Program-made: the position numbers and the translations under genes
Assembly: GCA_020721655.1 (NCBI GenBank)
Contig: DYMG01000002.1
Coordinates: 829 to 64,828, forward strand
DNA from: Paludibacter propionicigenes
GTDB lineage: Bacteria; Bacteroidota; Bacteroidia; Bacteroidales; JAFGXI01
Length of the DNA stretch: 64,000 nt
Direction of reading: 5' to 3'
In this document: positions 56,103 to 64,000 of the stretch, piece after piece
Numbering within the stretch: position 1 is the stretch's first letter
How the letters are laid out: every line of letters begins with the position of its first letter
The notes under the pieces: generated by a model
What the model was told of the DNA's origin: nothing
Database searches by the model: none
What the model saw: only the letters and a program-made list of their open reading frames with translations

Positions 56103-56642
56103 ATGATAAATTTAAAAGAAGAACTAAGGTACGTTAATAAAGATAAAATTGAGGAAATATCTGAACTTACAAAAACAGATGAAACACTACTTCAAGAGTT
56201 AATAGAAGTATCTTTGGGCGAAGAAGAATATATTTCGCAACATGCCGCCCTTATAGTTAAAGAAATAGGAACAACCCGTCCAGATGACATAGAAAAGCAT
56301 TTAACTCGAATTATTCCAGAATTATTGCTTATGGAAAACGACAGTCAATTAGGTAGTTTTATTGAAATGCTTTCGTTAAGCAATATAAAAGTTTATGAAT
56401 TACAAAACTTTCTTGTAAAAATAATTCAAGACGAAACACGCCAAGCTTTTTTAAAAATTTATTGCATAAAATTGTTAGGTAATTTTGCTATATTAGATGA
56501 GACTAGGAAAGATGAAATAATTAATCTTATTGATAGCAATTCAAAACACTATAATACTTATTACCTTAAAAAAATTGCCACCGAATTATTAAACAATCTT
56601 AGAGGCGAAGCACCTGAAGAAAAGAAATCGGTATTTTGTTAG
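56103..56642 (+). CDS. Hypothetical all-helical protein (HEAT/armadillo-like?)
   Basis: 179-aa ORF with a -7 box upstream and a strong terminator downstream. No motif recognised. Confidence 0.45.
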   Translation: MINLKEELRYVNKDKIEEISELTKTDETLLQELIEVSLGEEEYISQHAALIVKEIGTTRPDDIEKHLTRIIPELLLMENDSQLGSFIEMLSLSNIKVYELQNFLVKIIQDETRQAFLKIYCIKLLGNFAILDETRKDEIINLIDSNSKHYNTYYLKKIATELLNNLRGEAPEEKKSVFC

Positions 56643-56651
56643 CAATACAAT

Positions 56652-56696
56652 AAAGTACAAGAGCTGTTTTACATTGTAAAGCAGCTCTTGTACTTT
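56652..56696 (+). terminator. Rho-independent terminator
   Basis: A perfect 15-bp stem (AAAGTACAAGAGCTG / CAGCTCTTGTACTTT) around a 15-nt loop, 10 nt after the stop codon and followed by TATAAAAT. Confidence 0.7.
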
Positions 56697-56722
56697 ATAA
56701 AATATTTATTTATACTAAACTT

Positions 56723-57862
56723 ATGGAGAACAATATTTTTGCAAAAATGGAACCTTACAGCAATTCTGACGTTTCAGATGCTTTAGACAGAATTATAACA
56801 AGCGAACTTTTCCCACAACTTTGCGGATACTTATACCCACAAAAAACCGAAAAAGAAATAGCTAAATTTTTACGCTCAATAAAAACAATTTCCGAATTTC
56901 AGCAACAATTTTCTCACGATATGGTTACTAAAATTTTAAAAGCCACATCAAACGGAGTAACATATAGCGGTTTAGAAAATATTAGCGATATGCAAACAAA
57001 AGGTCATTTATTTATTGCTAATCACCGAGATATTGTTTTAGATTCTGCAATTTTTCAATGGGTGCTTTCCGAAAACAAACTACCAACAACACAAATTACT
57101 GTTGGCGATAATTTAATGACCAAACAACTTTTTATAGACTTAGCAAAGCTCAACAAAATGTTTACCCTTACTAGAGGAGGCTCCAAAATTCAGATGTATA
57201 AAAATGCAATTTTACATTCCGAATACATTAGAAATTTAATAACCAAAAAAAACGAATCGTTATGGATTGCTCAACGCGATGGCAGAACCAAAGACGGAAA
57301 CGACAAAACACAACAAGGGCTAATTAAAATGCTTATAGGCACAAGAACAGACCTTATTCCATCATTAAAAGAACTAAACATAATACCGCTTTCTATTTCT
57401 TATGAATTTGAATCGTGTGCAAAAACAAAAACTATAGAAACATATATTTCTTCACACTCTGAATACCAAAAACATGAAGACGAAGATATGAACTCAATAA
57501 TGGCTGGGTTTTTAACTTTTAAAGGGCAAATTCATATCAATTTTGGCAAAAATATTAATCCAATTTTAGAAGAAATTGAAAACCACAACTTGCCAAATAA
57601 CGAAATTGTAGATATTGTAGTTTCAGAACTCGACAAACAAATATTTACACAATACAAACTAATGTCTAACAATTACATAGCTTTTGATATTGAAACGAAT
57701 AGCAATAAATTTTCCGCAAATTACACAAACGATGAAAAACTAAAATTTAAGAATTATATCAACAATATTATTAATGATATTGAAATTAAAAATCCTGATA
57801 TTGAGAAAATATTATTAGGAATATATTCTAACCCTTTAAAAAACAAAAGTTTAGACACCTAA
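56723..57862 (+). CDS. PlsC/lysophospholipid-acyltransferase-family protein
   Basis: 379 aa with ANHRDIVLDSA (an acyltransferase H-x-x-x-x(x)-D block, spacing one residue longer than canonical) and a later QRDGRTKDG block. Confidence 0.5.
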   Translation: MENNIFAKMEPYSNSDVSDALDRIITSELFPQLCGYLYPQKTEKEIAKFLRSIKTISEFQQQFSHDMVTKILKATSNGVTYSGLENISDMQTKGHLFIANHRDIVLDSAIFQWVLSENKLPTTQITVGDNLMTKQLFIDLAKLNKMFTLTRGGSKIQMYKNAILHSEYIRNLITKKNESLWIAQRDGRTKDGNDKTQQGLIKMLIGTRTDLIPSLKELNIIPLSISYEFESCAKTKTIETYISSHSEYQKHEDEDMNSIMAGFLTFKGQIHINFGKNINPILEEIENHNLPNNEIVDIVVSELDKQIFTQYKLMSNNYIAFDIETNSNKFSANYTNDEKLKFKNYINNIINDIEIKNPDIEKILLGIYSNPLKNKSLDT

Positions 57863-57869
57863 TTATTTA

Positions 57870-58538
57870 ATGAACATACTAAAAACATCTGCAAAATTAT
57901 TAATTATACTAACTACTATTTTATTTTTTTCATCGTGCTTTAAACAAATATACAAAAACAAACAAGCAAAAGATTATTCTAAAAATATAATTTACAAACC
58001 TTTTGATGCCATAATTGTTCCGGGCTACCCTTACAACGGCAAAGAATGGGACGCAATAATTAAAATGAGAGTTCTATGGGCATCTTACCTTTATAAAAAC
58101 GGAATTGCAAAAAATATTATTTTTTCAGGTTCTTCGGTATATTCGCCTTACGTTGAAAGCATTGTTATGAAACAATATGCCATAAAACTTGGAGTAGATT
58201 CTACACATATTTTTACTGAAGAAAAAGCCGAGCATAGCACCGAGAACGTTTACTATTCACTAAAAATAGCCAAAACGCTCAATTTTAAAAATATAGCTCT
58301 TGCAACCGATAATTTTCAAACACGTTTAGTTAAACCATTTATAAAAAAACACAAACTAAACATTAAAATTTTACCTATAAACATAGCAATAATAGACTCG
58401 CTCGACAAAGCAAACAAAAGCATCAAAATTGCAGATTCTATTGGATTTGTAAAAGATTTTTTACCAATTACGAAAACTCAAAGTTTTTACTACAGATGGA
58501 AAGGAACGCGAGGAAAAAATATAGATTTTACAAAATAA
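57870..58538 (+). CDS. DUF218 (YdcF/ElyC/SanA-like) domain protein
   Basis: 222 aa with an N-terminal anchor. Motifs are IIVPGYPYNG, IIFSGSSVYSPY.ESIVM and EEKAEHSTENV, typical of DUF218. Confidence 0.65.
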   Translation: MNILKTSAKLLIILTTILFFSSCFKQIYKNKQAKDYSKNIIYKPFDAIIVPGYPYNGKEWDAIIKMRVLWASYLYKNGIAKNIIFSGSSVYSPYVESIVMKQYAIKLGVDSTHIFTEEKAEHSTENVYYSLKIAKTLNFKNIALATDNFQTRLVKPFIKKHKLNIKILPINIAIIDSLDKANKSIKIADSIGFVKDFLPITKTQSFYYRWKGTRGKNIDFTK

Positions 58539-58549
58539 CTTAACATCAA

Positions 58550-58707
58550 TGAGTCCGGTATAAAAAGTCAGTTTAATTTTCATTAAATAGTATATATATT
58601 TAATTATCAGGGGTTTATGTATTATTGTAAATTTGATTTAAAACTCTTATTATCAATAATTTAGCTTTACAAACTTTCAACTTTATAACTTTTTAGACTA
58701 ACCTCAT
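58550..58707. repeat. MITE-like repeat, partial copy B, inverted relative to copy A
   Basis: It aligns to the reverse complement of 53484..53641 with about 16 mismatches in 158 nt, counted by eye. It lacks the other terminal repeat and starts 11 nt after the DUF218 gene's stop codon. Confidence 0.6.
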
Positions 58708-58807
58708 CAATATAATAAACATCTATTTGTTAGTAAAAAATCCACAACACAATAATTACTATTGTTTTTAATTATAATTTTACGCTAATAATTAAATTTT
58801 CGCCATA

Positions 58808-59812
58808 ATGAAATACAAACTATTTTTAATACCAACAATAATAATTATAGCAACATCGTGCGTTTCGCCACGATTATTTAACGACGAAAAAACTCGTCGT
58901 GAAGACTCTGAAAAACAAGTTGAAGATTTAAAATTAAAAAATAAAAACTTAACAGAACAACTTAACGAACTTACAGCCAACTTTACAAAAGCAAAAGCCG
59001 AACTCGACAATAACGCATTAAAAATTAAAAGTTTCGATACAAAATATAGCGATTTAAAAGAAAAATTCGATAAACTTAACAAACAATATACAGACTTACT
59101 AAAAGATGTTGAAAGCCGAATTAAATCTGGCGATAACGAAACAAAAGCATTGCTAAAAAATATTCAGCAAATGCAAAACGATTTGCAATATAGAGAAGAT
59201 AAACTAAAAGATTTAGAAGCATCGCTAAACGAAAAAAAACGAAATTTAGAACTTTTAAACGCAGAGGTTGACCAAAAAAACAAAGATTTATCAGAAAAAG
59301 AATCTAAAATAGCCGAATTACAAAGAATATTAGCCGCAAAAGACAGTGCATCTTTAGCATTAAAAAAGAAAATTTCCGCCGCTCTATTAGGTTTTGAAGG
59401 AAACGGACTATCTGTTGAACGAAAAAATGGAAAAGTTTACGTTTCAATGGACGAAACACTGTTATTTAGCACCGGTAGCGACAAAGTAAACCCACGAGGC
59501 GTTAGTGCTTTAGAAAAACTAACAGAAGTTTTAGCTAAAAACACCGAAGTAAACATTCTTGTAGAAGGGCACACCGACGACGTTGGAGAATCAGACTACA
59601 ACTGGGATTTAAGCGTTAAGCGTGCCACATCGGTTGTTAAAATAATGACTAAAAACAGTGCACTTTCGCCAAAACGAATAACAGCTTCAGGACACGGCGA
59701 ATTTGTACCTCTAAACGAAGGAACAACTCCAGAAATACGTGCTAAAAATCGCAGAACCGAAATTATTTTAGAACCAAAAATTGAAGAACTTCTCAATTTA
59801 ATAAATAACTAA
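58808..59812 (+). CDS. OmpA-family lipoprotein with a long coiled-coil region
   Basis: 334 aa with a lipobox (IIATSC). About 170 aa of heptad-like K/E/L-rich sequence follow. The C-terminal OmpA/MotB peptidoglycan-binding domain reads VEGHTDDVGESDYNWDLSVKRATSV...NRRTEI. Confidence 0.8.
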   Translation: MKYKLFLIPTIIIIATSCVSPRLFNDEKTRREDSEKQVEDLKLKNKNLTEQLNELTANFTKAKAELDNNALKIKSFDTKYSDLKEKFDKLNKQYTDLLKDVESRIKSGDNETKALLKNIQQMQNDLQYREDKLKDLEASLNEKKRNLELLNAEVDQKNKDLSEKESKIAELQRILAAKDSASLALKKKISAALLGFEGNGLSVERKNGKVYVSMDETLLFSTGSDKVNPRGVSALEKLTEVLAKNTEVNILVEGHTDDVGESDYNWDLSVKRATSVVKIMTKNSALSPKRITASGHGEFVPLNEGTTPEIRAKNRRTEIILEPKIEELLNLINN

Positions 59813-59827
59813 ATAAGATTTTGTATT

Positions 59828-61012
59828 TTGTCTGAACAAACAAAAACAACTAAAGTTCTTAGAATAATTAACAGATTTAACTTAGGTGGACCTACTTTTA
59901 ATGCCGCCTATTTAACAAAATATTTATCGTCTAAATTTGAAACGCTTCTAATTGGTGGCGAAAAAACACAAACCGAAGAAAGTTCAGAATTTATACTCAA
60001 TCAGTTAGGCATAAAATATAAAAAAATTGAAGCAATGAGTCGTGAAATTTCTCTACTCAACGATTACAGAGCTTACAAAGAAATTAAAAAAATTATCCGC
60101 GAATTTAAGCCAGATATTGTTCACACTCACGCTTCTAAAGCTGGGCTTTTGGGGCGTTTAGCAGCAAAACACTGCGGTGTGAAAATTATTATTCATACTT
60201 TTCACGGACACGTTTTCCACTCATATTTTGGGAGTTTTAAAACTTTAATTTTTAAAACCTTAGAACGCTATTTAGCAAGTTTCTCGACCACAATTATTGC
60301 AATAAGTAAAAAACAAATGCAAGAAATTGCTATTGACCATAAAATAGCACCTGAAAAAAAATTTAAAGTAATTCCTTTAGGATTCGATTTAAGCCGATTT
60401 GAAAACATTAATAATGAAATACGAAAAAATTTTAGAGATAAATACAATATTGATGATAACTCAATAACTATTAGCATAATAGGGCGACTTGTGCCTATAA
60501 AAAACCATAAACTTTTTTTAAACTCAATTAAAGAAATTAAAAAAACACACAATAACATACGTGTTTTTATTGTAGGCGGAGGCGAACTATATCACAATTT
60601 AATTAATTACTCCAAATCATTAGGATTTTCAATCTCGGAAAACACCGAAAAAGCCGATATTAACTTTACATCGTGGGTTAAAAACACCGAAGTTGTTTAC
60701 GCAGGCTCTGATATTATTGCACTTTCATCGTTAAACGAAGGAACACCCGTAAGCTTAATTGAAGCTCAAGCAAGTGGAAAACCTATAGTTTCCACAAAAG
60801 TTGGTGGCATTGAAGATATTGTTATTGATGGAAAAACAGCAGTTTTATGCAATCAAAATATTAACGATTTTACAGATGCAACACTAAAAATAATAACAAA
60901 TTACAACTTTTTTTTAGAAAACTCAAAATCTAACATCAACAAAACTTCCAAAAACTTTGGTTTTGCAAGACTTGCAACAGATGTTGAAACTCTATACAAA
61001 AGCTTAATTTAG
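59828..61012 (+). CDS. GT-B glycosyltransferase (family 4 / group 1)
   Basis: 394 aa with a TTG start. Motifs are N-terminal RFNLGGP and C-terminal EGTPVSLIEAQASGKPIVSTKVGGIEDIV (E-x7-E). Confidence 0.75.
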   Translation: MSEQTKTTKVLRIINRFNLGGPTFNAAYLTKYLSSKFETLLIGGEKTQTEESSEFILNQLGIKYKKIEAMSREISLLNDYRAYKEIKKIIREFKPDIVHTHASKAGLLGRLAAKHCGVKIIIHTFHGHVFHSYFGSFKTLIFKTLERYLASFSTTIIAISKKQMQEIAIDHKIAPEKKFKVIPLGFDLSRFENINNEIRKNFRDKYNIDDNSITISIIGRLVPIKNHKLFLNSIKEIKKTHNNIRVFIVGGGELYHNLINYSKSLGFSISENTEKADINFTSWVKNTEVVYAGSDIIALSSLNEGTPVSLIEAQASGKPIVSTKVGGIEDIVIDGKTAVLCNQNINDFTDATLKIITNYNFFLENSKSNINKTSKNFGFARLATDVETLYKSLI

Positions 61013-61136
61013 TACCAAACTGCTATCAAGTTGCTTAACTTTCTCACTTCGGTCAAAATTAAGATTGATAGCAAATCGGCATAAACTAAACCAAACCAAC
61101 AAAATTAGTTTTCACTTTTTTGTTAGCGGTTTTGTA

Positions 61137-62429
61137 TTAATTTTTAGCATTATTAAACAATGCTTTTACTGGTTCTAAACCTTTATAAGAACCTTCTTGA
61201 ATTGCTTTTAAAACAGCTCCACCTCCTGTGAAAAGATAGTAATTTGGGTTATCTATTGCAGTTATATACAAACCCGGCAATAGCTGTTTTAATTCTTGCA
61301 TTGTATCGCCACCACCGTAAAGTTTCATTGATTCCTTATTTTCATCGATAAGTTTATATAGCGAACTAGTGCCTTCACTAAAATGTGGTGTTAAACCCAT
61401 AACTGCATTAACAAAAACAGTTTTGGCTTTATTAAAAATGTCTTTAATTTCAGGTATATCAAACGATTCTTCTGCAACATCTAAAATGTAATTAAGTTCC
61501 GTTCCCTGCTTCAAATCTTTAATATTATGTTTCCTAAACTTGCCTTCAAATTTACCTTCAAGCGTGTCTGATTCAACAATAATAGGCAGTTCAACAATTT
61601 TATTTGGATACGATTTTGCAAAATCGACAAATTCTTTAGCCAATTTTAAATCGTCGTCGCCAATGCCTTTTATTTTTATGTTGTATTTTGCACATAAATA
61701 TGCATTATAAATTACACCGCCTAAAACTAAAAAATCGGCTTGTTTAATTAAAGTGTATAATGGCTCAATTTTAGTATCAAATTTCGACCCTGCAACAACT
61801 GCTATATAAGGCTGTTTGGCGTTGTAAATTCTATCAAGATTTTCCAATTCTTTTTGCATTAAAAAACCGGCATAAGAGGGTAAATAATTACTAACTGCAA
61901 CCGTCGATGCGTGTGCTTGCCACGACCCAAAAGCATCGTTTACATATATATCTGCTAAACCTGCCAATTGATTTGCAAAATCGTCGGCAAATTCTTTTCG
62001 TTCTTCGCCTCTAAACCAGCGTGTATTTGGTAAATAAATACCATCTATTTCGCCTTCTTTTAATTCTTTAATTAAATGATTTACTGATGTTTCTACACCT
62101 AAATAGCCTTCCTCTGTTTGTATTTTAAAATTTGGAATCTGAAAATTTATATTTAATTTATTTTTTAAATACTCAACAATAGGTTCTACCGACGATTTAG
62201 CCGATATTTCTACAGTATTTTCTTTCTTGTTTCTTGGACGCCCAACGTGTGTCATTAAAATAATTTTTCCACCCCTTGCGTTTATATTAAAAAGTGTTCC
62301 AATTGTTGAATCAATACGATATGCATCTTGAATAATACCGTTTTTTACAACATTATGGTCAACTCTTACAAGTACAATTTTTCCTTTTAAATCAGCATTT
62401 TGAATTAATGGTAGTTCATTAGTGTTCAT
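61137..62429 (-). CDS. pgk: Phosphoglycerate kinase (sequence-divergent form)
   Basis: 430 aa. Variant motifs are LVRVDHNV (canonical R.DFNVP) and MTHVGRP (canonical SHLGRP). YGGGDT and FTGGGAVLKAIQEG (canonical TGGGA) are present. Confidence 0.7.
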   Translation of the reverse strand: MNTNELPLIQNADLKGKIVLVRVDHNVVKNGIIQDAYRIDSTIGTLFNINARGGKIILMTHVGRPRNKKENTVEISAKSSVEPIVEYLKNKLNINFQIPNFKIQTEEGYLGVETSVNHLIKELKEGEIDGIYLPNTRWFRGEERKEFADDFANQLAGLADIYVNDAFGSWQAHASTVAVSNYLPSYAGFLMQKELENLDRIYNAKQPYIAVVAGSKFDTKIEPLYTLIKQADFLVLGGVIYNAYLCAKYNIKIKGIGDDDLKLAKEFVDFAKSYPNKIVELPIIVESDTLEGKFEGKFRKHNIKDLKQGTELNYILDVAEESFDIPEIKDIFNKAKTVFVNAVMGLTPHFSEGTSSLYKLIDENKESMKLYGGGDTMQELKQLLPGLYITAIDNPNYYLFTGGGAVLKAIQEGSYKGLEPVKALFNNAKN

Positions 62430-62549
62430 ATCAATTTCATTTTTATTTCCACAAATTTACAACTTATAAATTAATTATAAATTATTTTATTAACTTTTCA
62501 AACTTTGAACTATTTAAACTTTTAAATATCTTTGAAAAAAAAATAGTTA

Positions 62550-64000
62550 ATGGATAATTTTGTTGTTTCTGCCCGAAAATATAGACCCGATAACTTTAAC
62601 ACAGTTATTGGTCAAAGTGCTATTACCAACACTCTAAAAAACTCAATAAAAAACAACCATTTAGCTCACGCATATTTACTTTGCGGACCGCGAGGTGTTG
62701 GAAAAACTACTTGTGCTCGTATTTTTGCTAAAACAATAAATTGCCAAAATAGAACTGCCGATTTTGAAGCTTGTAATACTTGCGAATCGTGCCGTGCATT
62801 TAATGAATCGGGGTCTTACAATATTCACGAATTAGATGCTGCCTCGAATAACTCGGTTGACGGAATACGAAGCCTTATAGAACAAGTGCGAATACCACCC
62901 CAAATTGGAAAATATAGTGTTTATATTATTGATGAGGTTCACATGCTTTCTAATCAAGCGTTTAATGCATTTTTGAAAACATTAGAAGAGCCTCCGGCAC
63001 ACGCCATTTTTATTTTAGCAACAACAGAAAAACACAAAATAATTCCAACTATACTTTCTCGTTGTCAAGTTTTCGATTTTAATAGGATAAAAATTGCAGA
63101 TATTGTTCAACATTTAGAGTATATTGCTAAAACTGAAAATATTGCCTACGAAACCGAAGCACTAAACGTTATTGCACAAAAAGCCGATGGTGGTATGCGC
63201 GATGCTTTATCGGTATTCGACCAAATTAGTAGCTTTACAGAAAATAACATAACTTACGAAAAGGTTATAGAAACACTTAATGTTTTAGACTACGAATATT
63301 ACTTTAGACTAACCGACACGTTTATTACCGGAAATATAGCAAATACACTGCTTATTTACGACGAAATTTTAAATAAAGGTTTTGAAGGTAACTTTTTTAT
63401 TAATGGCTTAAGTTCTCATTTACGCGACCTGCTTGTTGCTAAAGACTCAATTACAATACAACTTTTAGAAATAGGAGATAAAATAAAAGAAAACTATAAA
63501 AATACAGCTTCTAAACTAAACAATAATTTTCTTTATAAAGCATTAGACATTACAAACGAATGCGATTTATCGTTAAAAACTTCTAAAAACCAGCGATTAC
63601 ATATAGAAATTGCACTAATTAAATTATGCAATATAAATAACATAGAGTTTCACGAAAGTCAAAAAAAAAACTCTGAACTAGAAAATAACATAATTATAAA
63701 GCCTCAAGAAGCTAAAACTACTGTAATAAATCCTCAATCAACAGGAACGATTACATCAAAACCTATTTTTGAACAAAAGAACTCAAGCACATCAGAAGCT
63801 TCGGTTTCTATAAAATCGGCTTTTACCGAACCAACAATTTTATCCAACACACAAACAGAAACCCCAAATTACAACAAAAAAAACAACAAATTTACTTTAA
63901 CCAAAGCACAAAATTATTTTAATGAATTTGTTAAAACATTAGAATTTACAAAGCCTAGAATTTATAGCATTCTAAATAATTTAGAACTAAATTTCGACGA
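62550..64000 (+). CDS. dnaX: DNA polymerase III subunit gamma/tau, 5' part (runs off the window)
   Basis: It is absent from the ORF track because it has no stop in the window. The sequence reads MDNFVVSARKYRPDNFNTVIGQ, with Walker A GPRGVGKTT, Zn module C-x8-C-x2-C-x2-C, Walker B IIDEVHML and SRC. I translated the frame through to 64000 and found it open. Confidence 0.9.
   Translation, partial: MDNFVVSARKYRPDNFNTVIGQSAITNTLKNSIKNNHLAHAYLLCGPRGVGKTTCARIFAKTINCQNRTADFEACNTCESCRAFNESGSYNIHELDAASNNSVDGIRSLIEQVRIPPQIGKYSVYIIDEVHMLSNQAFNAFLKTLEEPPAHAIFILATTEKHKIIPTILSRCQVFDFNRIKIADIVQHLEYIAKTENIAYETEALNVIAQKADGGMRDALSVFDQISSFTENNITYEKVIETLNVLDYEYYFRLTDTFITGNIANTLLIYDEILNKGFEGNFFINGLSSHLRDLLVAKDSITIQLLEIGDKIKENYKNTASKLNNNFLYKALDITNECDLSLKTSKNQRLHIEIALIKLCNINNIEFHESQKKNSELENNIIIKPQEAKTTVINPQSTGTITSKPIFEQKNSSTSEASVSIKSAFTEPTILSNTQTETPNYNKKNNKFTLTKAQNYFNEFVKTLEFTKPRIYSILNNLELNFD
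63661..63670 (+). promoter_or_regulatory. A10 homopolymer in dnaX, a candidate slippage/frameshift site
   Basis: The sequence is C-A10-C at codons ~371-374 (CAA AAA AAA AAC). The -1 frame reads AAA CTC TGA, with the stop at 63674..63676. The +1 frame reads ACT CTG AAC TAG, with the stop at 63679..63681. Confidence 0.4.

Noticed and set aside
61024-61074. Hairpin-like sequence (TGCTATCAA ... TTGATAGCA) between the convergent GT4 and pgk genes, considered as a small structured RNA.
   Set aside because: A 9-bp outer stem encloses a ~33-nt poorly paired interior. The simplest reading is an irregular bidirectional terminator, and I recognise no conserved ncRNA motif in it.

Overview
This is an AT-rich window from a Bacteroidota-type chromosome. 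The assignment rests on T9SS type-A and type-B C-terminal sorting domains, a PorP/SprF gene, TonB-dependent receptors with carboxypeptidase-regulatory-like N-termini, a DUF4249 partner, and recurrent TAnnTTTG -7 promoter boxes. Coding density is high, with about 45 genes, mostly housekeeping or envelope functions: fused E1 dehydrogenase, waaA, ppx, nfeD, dacB, tsaC, fsa, ridA, polyprenyl synthase, hemW, osmC, pgk and dnaX. No rRNA, tRNA, CRISPR array, transposase or integrase was seen.

I did not find a clear new defence-type system. The features most worth a second look are:
(1) A 4-gene prkA / yeaH-like / spoVR operon that ends in a second, strongly diverged PrkA paralog. It is divergent from a heme-c (CxxCH) hybrid sensor kinase.
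(2) An 8.7-kb SprB-like T9SS adhesin gene paired with porP/sprF. It carries 22 tandem coding repeats of about 88 aa and an 801-bp three-repeat duplication that retains a 305-bp perfectly identical core.
(3) A MITE-like element of about 232 bp with terminal inverted repeats. A roughly 90% identical partial copy lies in inverted orientation, and the two bracket a 4.9-kb lipid-related gene block.
(4) A 1.1-kb decayed islet holding a gp49/HigB-like toxin, an XRE antitoxin and a DUF4143 ATPase tail. The ORF track misses all three.
(5) An A10 run in dnaX just past the clamp-loader core, with stops 2-4 codons away in both alternative frames. This is a candidate gamma/tau slippage site.
(6) A 20-bp perfect palindrome between osmC and a Crp/Fnr gene that carries a -7 box on each strand.

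All functional calls come from reading motifs by eye. No database search was run.
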